Assembly: GCA_032718475.1 (NCBI GenBank)
Contig: JAUCBJ010003504.1
Span: forward strand, 1 to 45,168
Length of the DNA stretch: 45,168 nucleotides
Source of the DNA: Nemertoderma westbladi
Taxonomy: Eukaryota > Animalia > Xenacoelomorpha
Reading direction: 5' to 3'
The notes below the pieces were generated by a model. The model worked only from the letters and a program-made list of their open reading frames with translations. It was not told where the DNA came from and did not search any database. A program made the translations under genes and the position numbers. Positions 1 through 13,400 of this stretch are shown piece after piece (the first letter of the stretch is position 1; every line of letters begins with the position of its first letter).

Positions 1-79
1 TCAGACTCACTCTGTTCTAACTGACACTTTGTGCAGATTTACCTGACCATAGGCTGTGTGTTTGGGAAGACACAGACCG

Positions 80-470
80 GTTCCAGTCTCCAGTATGTCT
101 GAAAGTGAAAACCTTATCCCATTTCTTTGTTTGTAATGGTTTTTCCTGGAACTTGCACTTGGCAGGGTCGTACTAAAAGCATATGTAGGCTCTGTGTTCG
201 TCGGGTAGGACGCGCTCACCAGTCTGCAGTTCCCCAGTCTGCCGACAAGAGGCGAAATTCTTAAAGTGAAAACCCTTCATTTAACTTCGATATTTATAAT
301 GCTTTTTAGCTGATAATTGGCAGATGTTTACTACACCAGGCTGCATATATATGGGAGGAAGCTGACCAGTCAGCAGTTCTCCAGTCTATAGTTAGGGGCC
401 GAATTGTTAGAAAGTTAAATCCTTTACCCATTTCGTCGTTTATAATGCTTTTTTTGCTAATTTAGCCCCA
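80..470. repeat. Degenerate ~140-bp tandem repeat, about 3 copies
   Basis: Blocks recur in the same order: CCAGTC..CAGTT..CCAGTCT, AAAGTGAAAACC/AAAGTTAAATCC, TATAATGCTTTTT/TGTAATGGTTTTT, TTGGCAG. Confidence 0.45.
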
Positions 471-862
471 TTTTTATTCTTTAGAGTTGATTCTTTGCAG
501 CGATCTAAAAGTACCTACTAAACTATATGTTCTGTTTACGAGGTTGGAATGTTTTAACCTTCTCCTACATTTTGTATGTTTGGATTTTATCCTTTGGAAG
601 TGATATTTTGACATGTATCTATCTACTCAACATAAGCCTGACAGGTAAAGCAGCTTTATATTGTTTGTTTAATAAAACGCTCACTCATGTGACGTTTTAA
701 TTTGAAATGGTGAAGAAGTTTATCTACTACAGTAGAAACTTTTAGAAACTGACTTTCCAGTTTGTTTAAAATTGAGAAGCTTACGAAAAAGACAGATACA
801 CTTTAACCCAATTCGAACACTGGTCATCAAGCACCAAACATAAATATTAGTAACTGACTCAC

Positions 863-986
863 CTATTAATATCCCGCCGCAACCTTCCCGGGTGCGCCAC
901 CAACTCATCATTCCGCCACCGCCGCCACCACCTCCACCGTCGGCCTTGGACTCCCCACCTCGGTGGTTTCGCAACATAGACAACAT
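863..986 (-). CDS. Candidate exon of an unidentified gene (Gly-rich: MLSMLRNHRGGESKADGGGGGGGGGMMSWWRTREGCGGILI)
   Basis: GC-rich island in AT-rich DNA ending at a consensus donor AG|GTGAGT (857-862). No recognisable homology; other frames are also open, so frame and strand are uncertain. Confidence 0.3.
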
Positions 987-1264
987 CTTGGATCGGATTA
1001 CTTTCAGTTTCCTTTGATCTTTAGAAACAGTTCATTGGAGAACCTTCCGCGTTACCGCCCCGTCGCATAGCAACGGCATCATAATCAGTCGATTAATTAC
1101 AAATAGTAAAACCAATAGAAACACGAACAGCAATAAAGATGATAATAAATTAGTTATACGCCTAATATATTGTTGCAATTTCAATGTAGACGTACTGTAA
1201 TATTACAGTAAGTATTCAATTCTAAATAAATTTCAAACCCTTTTTGGAGTCTCAGCACATTGCG

Positions 1265-1485
1265 CCCATGTGAAGAATACCAGGATTTTTATTTTCGGTT
1301 GACTTTTTATAGGAATTTTATATATAAAGATTTTTCATTTTTTTTAACTTATCTCTATTAAGTGTTTTATAGCGCTAATTTCTATCTTATAACCTGTACA
1401 TATACTAATGCGTTTATTGTTTTGGTTAGATTCAGCCCTTCTGTAACCTGTGTTTTTGGTGAAAACCTGGTATTCTTCACATGGG
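1265..1485. mobile_element. Small MITE-like element with 20-bp perfect inverted repeats
   Basis: CCCATGTGAAGAATACCAGG (1265-1284) is the exact reverse complement of 1466-1485; a second right-arm copy lies at 1520-1538; interior AT-rich; no clear TSD. Confidence 0.5.
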
Positions 1486-1659
1486 GGTAACTGCAAAGTG
1501 AAATGTAATGGCAGAAAGTCTGGTATTCTTCACATGGGCCCACAAATTTAACGGAGTTGCTGCGTTCCTGAGATAGATATTGACGATCAAACATTTGGCC
1601 GAACGGACGCGGACATAAGAAGCATGGACGCATAAAATACTACATAAGACAGCATTTTA

Positions 1660-1922
1660 GCATTGGCACTGTACGTTATTCTAACCCAGTAAACAATAAA
1701 CTAAAACTAAAATCAATAGAACAGGTTACCGAACTCTATCACACTACAGGCGCCACTGTGTCTATATGGAAAACATAGATAGGGGGGGGGGGGGGGGGGG
1801 GGACTGGACGCAATAAAAATGCATCGCTCTCCGGGGGAAATTCGACGCAAATAATAGATGATTACTCTCAAATGTTCTATTGTGTTTAGTTTATTGTTTT
1901 GGATAAAATATCGTGCCACTGT
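1660..1922. mobile_element. Degenerate inverted-repeat (MITE-like) element containing a G21 tract
   Basis: Left TGGCAC...AAACAATAAACTAAA...CAATAGAACA mirrors right TGTTCTATTG...TTTAGTTTATTGTTT...GTGCCA. Confidence 0.35.
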
Positions 1923-2980
1923 AACCTGCTCCTTTCCCTAAATTGAGAATTTAACATTGAGGCGGGATATTAATTCGCCAAGGCGGGTTTTGCGTCGGGT
2001 TTCCCCCCCCCCCCCCCCTGTCTCTGGTTATTGGGGTGTTTTGTAGGTTAGGGTTTGTTGGTCCGGTGTATAAGGCTGAGATAACTCCCTCTTGAAATTA
2101 CTCCCCAGTCATCTCAGCCTATGCTAAGCACGGATAAGGATAAGATAACATTGAGACGAGATATTAATTCCCCCAGATGGAATTTCAAGAGCCCCCTTCC
2201 CCTTGTACATGTGGAGCAGTACAATGGCCAACAGCCTAGGGACCTACTAAGTATTATTATAATTATAAATCACTGAAACCTCAACCCGGCATACCCGCTA
2301 CTCTACCAGGCGTTACACCGTTCTGCCTGTGAGACAAAAAAACGTTATCATTAGGCAATGTATTGTACTTACATCCATGAACTAACTCTCTCCAGACTGC
2401 ACTGTTAGTTGTAGCTGTAGGTATGAAGGAAGCACCATATGGTATTATTGTATTTGAATAATGAGTTATTGGATTTCTTTAGACATAACCGAACCGGTGT
2501 CTTTAAGGACACCTATATTACAGGAGTATGCCTACCTCTGGGATAAGAGGTCCATATGGATTTATAATGATTGTCAAGGAATTACATAGTGAATGAATTA
2601 CTTGCATAACAATGTAGGAGTGGGTTACAATAGTGGCACAGTCCCAACTAAAATTAAAACTGTCAAATAAACCCTAAACTCGGGAAATAATGTCAGAAAC
2701 TCCTATAAATTAAATAAAAAATTACGATTTTGAGGATGCGTGCTTATTTTACAGATTACCAAAATTCAAAGTGGTACTGCATGTATTATATACATGTAAT
2801 ATAAAAACAATAAATATACTACAGAGGAGAAGAAGTAAAGAGGTGCTAAAACACCATGTTGAAGAGTTGCTTCCATTTTGTGCATAAAAAGTGTATGAAA
2901 ATAGTTGAAATTTTATTTATTCATTACTTAATTAAAATAATTGTTGAATAATTATTAATAATTAAAAATAATTAAAAAAT

Positions 2981-3520
2981 AGTTGACCTTAAATGCATTT
3001 CCATGCAATCAGCCCGACGCCTGTGGTCATCTGTTGTATATCCCGCGATCATATACGGCTGTAACATCTATGTCGAGGAACACGAGGTAGCTGAACTCGA
3101 ACACATCCATAAGATCAGGGCCCTATTTTGGAAATACTGGTGCGGTTTATCCAAATATGCCTCGTCGTCTGCAATACTTAGATACATCGACAACCACGAA
3201 GCACATATTCATAGTGACGTCAACCTGGACGGCCTATCTGGTTTCCGACGACGCGCTGCGGGCCAACTAATTTCTAATGGCTGTCACAACAGGCTTTGTC
3301 AGGATGAGACATGTTGGCGCCCATCTGACTTATGTAAATGTTGGTTATGCAACCAGCCTGCAACATCAGTGCAACATTATCAGTCATGCCGCAATATACC
3401 GCAATTCCAGTCCTCTCTACGGGTGGCCCTCTTCTTAATGACGCTCAACAGAGTAAGAGATGTAACTAAATAACAATTTTAGATTTTACATATTATTTAT
3501 TTATTTATTTCTAATTTTTA
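2981..3520 (+). mobile_element. 5'-truncated non-LTR retrotransposon (LINE, RTE-X-like) 3' fragment
   Basis: ORF 3003-3473 has post-RT thumb-like RLWSSVVYPAIIYGC...FWKYWCGLSKYASSSAI and a C-terminal CCHC knuckle CWLCNQPATSVQHYQSC; (ATTT)n-like tail follows; abrupt GC rise at the 5' edge. Confidence 0.65.
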
Positions 3521-3526
3521 TATTTC

Positions 3527-3930
3527 ATCAGTCAGTTGTTCCGTATATTTTATCAGTCAGTTGTTCTGTATATTTTATCAGTCAGTTACTCCGTATATTT
3601 TATCAGTTGTAAGTAATTAATAAGTCGGTTGAACGGTATATTTTATCATCAGTTGTTCCGTATATTTTACCAGTAAGTTGTTCCGTATATTTTATCATCA
3701 GTTGTTCCGTATATTTTACCAGTCAGTTGTTCCGTATATTTTACCAGTCAGTTGCTCCGTATATTTTATCAGTTAGTTGTTCCGTATATTTTAACAGTCA
3801 GTTGCTCCGTATATTTTATCAGTCAGTTGCTCCGTATATTTTATCATCAGTTGTTCCGTATATTTTACCAGTCAGTTGTTCCGTATATTTTACCAGTCAG
3901 TTTCATTTGTTCCGCATATTTTATCAGTCA
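3527..3930. repeat. ~25-bp minisatellite ATCAGTCAGTTGTTCCGTATATTTT
   Basis: About 15 visible tandem copies with small variants. Confidence 0.95.
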
Positions 3931-4410
3931 GAGTTATTCCACATATTGCAACATCGACATCGAATATTCCTTATATGTTGTGCTATATTTGAAAATATTC
4001 ATATGTATGAATAAATACGTCTTCAATTTCAATTAAAATAATTACTAATCAGACATTTATTAAACTTCTACTCACTAATTAAGAAGAAGGAGTTTAAGAA
4101 ATTAATTATAATTATTATCAACATGATACAAATGCTTTTATCATTAAAGGGAATTACTTTAAATGTGAATGAGAAAGCTGGGAAACTGACTGACAGTCCA
4201 GCCTCCTATATACTGTAGTGTGGATATGGTGGCGTTTGGAAATAGAAATCCTTGTGCAGAGCAGAGTTGTAGGATCAGCTTACCACCAGTTAGTTGGTTG
4301 GCAGGGCAACCAAAGGAGAGAAGCTTCTAGGGAGCAGCTTACAACGGCCGCTAAGTGTTAAGAGTTGGGGGCAATAGTTGTTATACTGATATACTGAAAG
4401 AGTGGACTAC

Positions 4411-7400
4411 TATGGGAAGGGCGGAACAATCTAACGAACAGACTATGTAGGAAGGGCGGAACAATATAACAGACTATGTAGGAAGGGCAGAATAAATCCA
4501 ATGGACTCTAGGAATGGCGGAATAAATCCAATGGACTCTAGGAATTGCGGAATAAAACCAATAGAGACAAGGAAGTGCGGAATAAATCCAATGGACTCTA
4601 GGAATGGCGGAATAAAACCAATGGAGACTAGGAAGTGCGGAATAAATCCAATGGAGACTAGGTAGTGCGGAATAAATCCAATGGAGACTAGGAAGTGCGG
4701 AATCAATCTAATGGACTCTAGAAATGGCGGAACAATCTAACAGACTATGTAGGAAGGGCGGAATAAATCCAATGGACAATATGAAGGGCAGAAAAATCTA
4801 CCAGACTATGTAGGAAGGGCGGAATAAATCCAATGGACTCTAGGAATGGCGGAATAAAACCAATGGAGACTAGGTAGTGCGGAATAAATCCAATGGACTC
4901 TAGGAATGGCGGAATAAAACCAATGGAGACTAGGAAGTGCGGAATCAATCTAATGGACTCTAGAAATGGCGGAACAATCTAACAGACTATGTAGGAAGGG
5001 CGGAATAAATCCAATGGACAATATGAAGGGCAGAAAAATCTACCAGACTATGTAGGAAGGGCGGAATAAATCCAATGGACTCTAGGAATGGCGGAATAAA
5101 ACCAATGGAGACTAGGTAGTGCGGAATAAATCCAATGGACTCTAGGAATGGCGGAATAAAACCAATGGAGACTAGGAAGTGCGGAATAAATCCAATGGAC
5201 TCTAGGAATGGCGGAATAAAACCAATGGAGACTAGGAAGTGCGGAATAAATCTAATGGACTCTAGGAATGGCGGAACAATCTAACAGACTATGTAGGAAG
5301 GGCGGAATAAATCCAATGGACAATATGAAGGGCAGAAAAATCTACCAGACTATGTAGGAAGGGCGGAATAAATCCAATGGACAATATGAAGGGCAGAAAA
5401 ATCTACCAGACTATGTAGGAAGGGCGGAATAAATCCAATGGACTCTAGGAATGGCGGAATAAAACCAATGGAGACTAGGTAGTGCGGAATAAATCCAATG
5501 GACTCTAGGAATGGCGGAATAAAACCAATGGAGACTAGGTAGTGCGGAATAAATCCAATGGACTCTAGGAATGGCGGAATAAAACCAATGGAGACTAGGA
5601 AGTGCGGAATAAATCCAATGGACTCTAGGAATGGCGGAATAAAACCAATGGAGACTAGGAAGTGCGGAATAAATCTAATGGACTCTAGAAATGGCGGAAC
5701 AATCTAACAGACTATGTAGGAAGGGCGGAATAAATCCAATGGACAATATGAAGGGCAGAAAAATCTACCAGACTATGTAGGAAGGGCGGAATAAATCCAA
5801 TGGACAATATGAAGGGCAGAAAAATCTACCAGACTATGTAGGAAGGGCGGAATAAATCCAATGGACTCTAGGAATGGCGGAATAAAACCAATGGAGACTA
5901 GGAAGTGCGGAATAAATCCAATGGACTCTAGGAATGGCGGAATAAAACCAATGGAGACTAGGAAGTGCGGAATAAATCCAATGGACTCTAGGAATGGCGG
6001 AATAAAACCAATGGACTCTAGGAATGGCGGAATAAAACCAATGGAGACTAGGAAGTGCGGAATAAATCCAATGGAGACTAGGAAGTGCGGAATAAATCCA
6101 ATGGACTCTAGGAATGGCGGAATAAAACCAATGGAGACTAGGAAGTGCGGAATAAATCCAATGGACTCTAGGAATGGCGGAATAAAACCAATGGAGACTA
6201 GGAAGTGCGGAATGAATCCAATGGACTCTAGGAATGGCGGAATAAAACCAATGGACTCTAGGAATGGCGGAATAAAACCAATGGAGACTAGGAAGTGCGG
6301 AATAAATCCAATGGAGACTAGGAAGTGCGGAATAAATCCAATGGACTCTAGGAATGGCGGAATAAAACCAATGGAGACTAGGAAGTGCGGAATAAATCCA
6401 ATGGACTCTAGGAATGGCGGAATAAAACCAATGGACTCTAGGAATGGCGGAATAAAACCAATGGAGACTAGGAAGTGCGGAATAAATCCAATGGAGACTA
6501 GGAAGTGCGCAATAAATCCAATGGACTCTAGGAATGGCGGAATAAAACCAATGGAGACTAGGAAGTGCGGAATAAATCCAATGGACTCTAGGAATGGCGG
6601 AATAAAACCAATGGAGACTAGGAAGTGCGGAATGAATCCAATGGACTCTAGGAATGGCGGAATAAAACCAATGGACTCTAGGAATGGCGGAATAAAACCA
6701 ATGGAGACTAGGAAGTGCGGAATAAATCCAATGGAGACTAGGAAGTGCGGAATAAATCCAATGGACTCTAGGAATGGCGGAATAAAACCAATGGAGACTA
6801 GGAATGGCGGAATAAAACCAATGGACTCTAGGAAGTGCGGAATAAATCCAATGGACTCTAGAAATGGCGGAATAAAACCAATGGACTCTAGGAATGGCGG
6901 AATAAAACCCATGGACTCTAGGAATGGCGGAATAAAACCAATGGAGACTAGGAAGTGCGGAATAAATCCAATGGACTCTAGGAATGGCGGAATAAAACCA
7001 ATGGAGACTAGGAAGTGCGGAATAAATCCAATGGACTCTAGGAATGGCGGAATAAAACCAATGGAGACTAGGAAGTGCGGAATAAATCCAATGGACTCTA
7101 GGAATGGCGGAATAAAACCCATGGACTCTAGGAATGGCGGAATAAAACCCATGGACTCTAGGAATGGCGGAATAAATCCAATGGACTCTAGGAAGTGCGG
7201 AATAAATCCAATGGACTCTAGGAATGGCGGAATAAAACCCATGGACTCTAGGAATGGCGGAATAAAACCAATGGAGACTAGGAAGTGCGGAATAAAACCA
7301 ATGGACTCTAGGAATGGCGGAATAAATCCAATGGACTCTAGGAATGGCGGAATAAATCCAATGGACTCTAGGAATGGCGGAATAAAACCAATGGACTCTA

Positions 7401-10400
7401 GGAATGGCGGAATAAAACCAATGGACTCTAGGAATGGCGGAATAAAACCAATGGACTCTAGGAATGGCGGAATAAAACCAATGGAGACTAGGAAGTGCGG
7501 AATAAATCCAATGGACTCTAGGAATGGCGGAATAAAACCAATGGAGACTAGGAAGTGCGGAATAAATCCAATGGACTCTAGGAATGGCGGAATAAAACCA
7601 ATGGAGACTAGGAAGTGCGGAATAAATCCAATGGACTCTAGGAATGGCGGAATAAAACCAATGGAGACTAGGAAGTGCGGAATATATCCAATGGACTCTA
7701 GGAATGGCGGAATAAAACCAATGGAGACTAGGAAGTGCGGAATAAATACAATGGACTCTAGGAATGGCGGAATAAATCCAATGGACTCTAGGAATGGCGG
7801 AATAAAACCAATGGAGACTAGGAAGTGCGGAATAAATCCAATGGACTCTAGGAATGGCGGAATAAAACCAATGGAGACTAGGTAGTGCGGAATATATCCA
7901 ATGGACTCTAGGAATGGCGGAATAAAACCAATGGAGACTAGGAAGTGCGGAATAAATACAATGGACTCTAGGAATGGCGGAATAAAACCCATGGACTCTA
8001 GGAATGGCGGAATAAAACCAATGGAGACTAGGTAGTGCGGAATAAATACAATGGACTCTAGGAATGGCGGAATAAAACCCATGGACTCTAGGAATGGCGG
8101 AATAAAACCAATGGAGTCTAGGTAGTGCGGAATAAATACAATGGACTCTAGGAATGGCGGAATAAAACCCATGGACTCTAGGAATGGCGGAATAAAACCA
8201 ATGGAGACTAGGTAGTGCGGAATAAATACAATGGACTCTAGGAATGGCGGAATAAAACCCATGGACTCTAGGAATGGCGGAATAAAACCAATGGAGACTA
8301 GGAAGTGCGGAATAAATACAATGGACTCTAGGAATGGCGGAATAAAACCCATGGACTCTAGGAATGGCGGAATAAAACCAATGGAGACTAGGTAGTGCGG
8401 AATAAATACAATGGACTCTAGGAATGGCGGAATAAAACCAATGGAGACTAGGAAGTGCGGAATAAATCCAATGGACTCTAGGAATGGCGGAATAAAACCA
8501 ATGGAGACTAGGAAGTGCGGAATAAATCCAATGGACTCTAGGAATGGCGGAATAAAACCAATGGAGACTAGGAAGTGCGGAATAAATACAATGGACTCTA
8601 GGAATGGCGGAATAAAACCAATGGAGACTAGGAAGTGCGGAATATATCCAATGGACTCTAGGAATGGCGGAATAAAACCAATGGAGACTAGGAAGTGCGG
8701 AATATATCCAATGGACTCTAGGAATGGCGGAATAAAACCAATGGAGACTAGGAAGTGCGGAATATATCCAATGGACTCTAGGAATGGCGGAATAAAACCA
8801 ATGGAGACTAGGAAGTGCGGAATAAATACAATGGACTCTAGGAATGGCGGAATAAAACCAATGGAGACTAGGAAGTGCGGAATAAATCCAATGGACTCTA
8901 GGAATGGCGGAATAAAACCAATGGAGACTAGGTAGTGCGGAATAAATCCAATGGACTCTAGGAATGGCGGAATAAAACCAATGGAGACTAGGAAGTGCGG
9001 AATAAATCCAATGGACTCTAGGAATGGCGGAATAAAACCAATGGACTCTAGGAATGGCGGAATAAAACCAATGGAGACTAGGAAGTGCGGAATAAATCCA
9101 ATGGACTCTAGGAATGGCGGAATAAAACCAATGGACTCTAGGAATGGCGGAATAAAACCAATGGAGACTAGGTAGTGCGGAATAAATCCAATGGACTCTA
9201 GGAATGGCGGAATAAAACCAATGGACTCTAGGAATGGCGGAATAAAACCAATGGAGACTAGGAAGTGCGGAATAAATCCAATGGACTCTAGGAATGGCGG
9301 AATAAAACCAATGGAGACTAGGAAGTGCGGAATAAATCCAATGGACTCTAGGAATGGCGGAATAAAACCAATGGAGACTAGGTAGTGCGGAATAAATCCA
9401 ATGGACTCTAGGAATGGCGGAATAAAACCAATGGAGACTAGGAAGTGCGGAATAAATCCAATGGACTCTAGGAATGGCGGAATAAAACCCATGGACTCTA
9501 GGAATGGCGGAATAAAACCAATGGAGACTAGGAAGTGCGGAATAAATCCAATGGACTCTAGGAATGGCGGAATAAAACCAATGGACTCTAGGAAGTGCGG
9601 AATAAATCCAATGGACTCTAGGAATGGCGGAATAAAACCCATGGACTCTAGGAATGGCGGAATAAAACCAATGGAGACTAGGAAGTGCGGAATAAAACCA
9701 ATGGACTCTAGGAATGGCGGAATAAAACCAATGGACTCTAGGAATGGCGGAATAAATCCAATGGACTCTAGGAATGGCGGAATAAAACCAATGGAGACTA
9801 GGAAGTGCGGAATAAATCCAATGGACTCTAGAAATGGCGGAATAAAACCAATGGACTCTAGGAATGGCGGAATAAATCCAATGGAGACTAGGAAGTGCGG
9901 AATAAATCCAATGGACTCTAGGAATGGCGGAATAAAACCAATGGAGACTAGGAAGTGCGGAATATATCCAATGGACTCTAGAAATGGCGGAACAATCTAA
10001 CAGACTATGTAGGAAGGGCGGAATAAATCCAATGGACAATATGAAGGGCAGAAAAATCTACCAGACTATGTAGGAAGGGCGGAATAAATCCAATGGACTC
10101 TAGGAATTGCGGAATAAAACCAATGGAGACTAGGAAGTGCGGAATAAATCCAATGGACTCTAGGAATGGCGGAATAAAACCAATGGAGACTAGGAAGTGC
10201 GGAATAAATCCAATGGACTCTAGGAATGGCGGAATAAAACCAATGGAGACTAGGAAGTGCGGAATAAATCCAATGGACTCTAGGAATGGCGGAATAAAAC
10301 CAATGGACTCTAGGAAGTGCGGAATAAATCCAATGGACTCTAGGAATGGCGGAATAAAACCCATGGACTCTAGGAATGGCGGAATAAAACCAATGGAGAC

Positions 10401-13400
10401 TAGGAAGTGCGGAATAAAACCAATGGACTCTAGGAATGGCGGAATAAAACCAATGGACTCTAGGAATGGCGGAATAAATCCAATGGACTCTAGGAATGGC
10501 GGAATAAAACCAATGGAGACTAGGAAGTGCGGAATAAATCCAATGGACTCTAGGAATGGCGGAATAAAACCAATGGACTCTAGGAATGGCGGAATAAATC
10601 CAATGGACTCTAGGAATGGCGGAATAAAACCAATGGAGACTAGGAAGTGCGGAATAAATCCAATGGACTCTAGGAATGGCGGAATAAAACCAATGGACTC
10701 TAGGAATGGCGGAATAAATCCAATGGACTCTAGGAATGGCGGAATAAAACCAATGGAGACTAGGAAGTGCGGAATAAATCCAATGGACTCTAGGAATGGC
10801 GGAATAAAACCAATGGACTCTAGGAAGTGCGGAATAAATCCAATGGACTCTAGGAATGGCGGAATAAATCCAATGGACTCTAGGAATGGCGGAATAAATC
10901 CAATGGACTCTAGGAATGGCGGAATAAAACCAATGGAGACTAGGTAGTGCGGAATAAATCCAATGGACTCTAGGAATGGCGGAATAAATCCAATGGACTC
11001 TAGGAATGGCGGAATAAAACCAATGGAGACTAGGAAGTGCGGAATAAATCCAATGGAGACTAGGAAGTGCGGAATAAATCCAATGGACTCTAGGAATGGT
11101 GGAATAAAACCCATGGACTCTAGGAATGGCGGAATAAAACCAATGGAGACTAGGAAGTGCGGAATAAATCCAATGGACTCTAGGAATGGCGGAATAAAAC
11201 CAATGGACTCTAGGAAGTGCGGAATAAATCCAATGGACTCTAGGAATGGCGGAATAAAACCCATGGACTCTAGGAATGGCGGAATAAAACCAATGGAGAC
11301 TAGGAAGTGCGGAATAAAACCAATGGACTCTAGGAATGGCGGAATAAAACCAATGGACTCTAGGAATGGCGGAATAAATCCAATGGACTCTAGGAATGGC
11401 GGAATAAAACCAATGGAGACTAGGAAGTGCGGAATAAATCCAATGGACTCTAGAAATGGCGGAATAAAACCAATGGACTCTAGGAATGGCGGAATAAATC
11501 CAATGGAGACTAGGAAGTGCGGAATAAATCCAATGGACTCTAGGAATGGCGGAATAAAACCAATGGAGACTAGGAAGTGCGGAATATATCCAATGGACTC
11601 TAGAAATGGCGGAACAATCTAACAGACTATGTAGGAAGGGCGGAATAAATCCAATGGACAATATGAAGGGCAGAAAAATCTACCAGACTATGTAGGAAGG
11701 GCGGAATAAATCCAATGGACTCTAGGAATTGCGGAATAAAACCAATGGAGACTAGGAAGTGCGGAATAAATCCAATGGACTCTAGGAATGGCGGAATAAA
11801 ACCAATGGAGACTAGGAAGTGCGGAATAAATCCAATGGACTCTAGGAATGGCGGAATAAAACCAATGGAGACTAGGAAGTGCGGAATAAATCCAATGGAC
11901 TCTAGGAATGGCGGAATAAAACCAATGGACTCTAGGAAGTGCGGAATAAATCCAATGGACTCTAGGAATGGCGGAATAAATCCAATGGACTCTAGGAATG
12001 GCGGAATAAATCCAATGGACTCTAGGAATGGCGGAATAAAACCAATGGAGACTAGGTAGTGCGGAATAAATCCAATGGACTCTAGGAATGGCGGAATAAA
12101 TCCAATGGACTCTAGGAATGGCGGAATAAAACCAATGGAGACTAGGAAGTGCGGAATAAATCCAATGGAGACTAGGAAGTGCGGAATAAATCCAATGGAC
12201 TCTAGGAATGGTGGAATAAAACCAATGGAGACTAGGAAGTGCTAAATAAATCCAATGGACTCTAGGAATGGCAGAATAAAACCAATGGAGACTAGGAATG
12301 GCGGAATAAATCCAATGGACTCTAGGAATGGCGGAATAAATCCAATGGACTCTAGGAATGGCGGAATAAAACCAATGGAGACTAGGTAGTGCGGAATAAA
12401 TCCAATGGACTCTAGGAATGGCGGAATAAAACCAATGGAGACTAGGAAGTGCGGAATAAATCCAATGGACTCTAGGAATGGCGGAATAAAACCAATGGAG
12501 ACTAGGAAGTGCGGAATAAATCCAATGGACTCTAGGAATGGCGGAATAAAACCAATGGACTCTAGGAAGTGCGGAATAAATCCAATGGACTCTAGGAATG
12601 GCGGAATAAATCCAATGGACTCTAGGAATGGTGGAATAAAACCAATGGAGACTAGGAAGTGCTAAATAAATCCAATGGACTCTAGGAATGGCAGAATAAA
12701 ACCAATGGACTCTAGGAATGGCGGAATAAATCCAATGGACTCTAGGAATGGCGGAATAAATCCAATGGACTCTAGGAATGGCGGAATAAAACCAATGGAG
12801 ACTAGGTAGTGCGGAATAAATCCAATGGACTCTAGGAATGGCGGAATAAAACCAATGGAGACTAGGAAGTGCGGAATAAATCCAATGGACTCTAGGAATG
12901 GCGGAATAAAACCAATGGAGACTAGGAAGTGCGGAATAAATCCAATGGACTCTAGGAATGGCGGAATAAAACCAATGGACTCTAGGAAGTGCGGAATAAA
13001 TCCAATGGACTCTAGGAATGGCGGAATAAATCCAATGGACTCTAGGAATGGCGGAATAAATCCAATGGACTCTAGGAATGGCGGAATAAAACCAATGGAG
13101 ACTAGGTAGTGCGGAATAAATCCAATGGACTCTAGGAATGGCGGAATAAAACCAATGGAGACTAGGAAGTGCGGAATAAATCCAATGGACTCTAGGAATG
13201 GCGGAATAAAACCAATGGACTCTAGGAAGTGCGGAATAAATCCAATGGACTCTAGGAATGCGCGGAATAAATCCAATGGACTCTAGGAATGGCGGAATAA
13301 ATCCAATGGACTCTAGGAATGGCGGAATAAAACCAATGGAGACTAGGAAGTGCGGAATAAATCCAATGGACTCTAGGAATGGCGGAATAAAACCAATGGA

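Noticed and set aside
11-98. Second exon for the 863-986 candidate, or a TMEM43 assignment
   Set aside because: Splice signals and phase fit, but the acceptor lies in a degenerate repeat and the joined peptide matches nothing I recognise; the GGILIG resemblance is too short.
4350-4400. Minus-strand TIAP peptide as a Spinster exon
   Set aside because: Four-residue match followed at once by a stop, with no flanking similarity.
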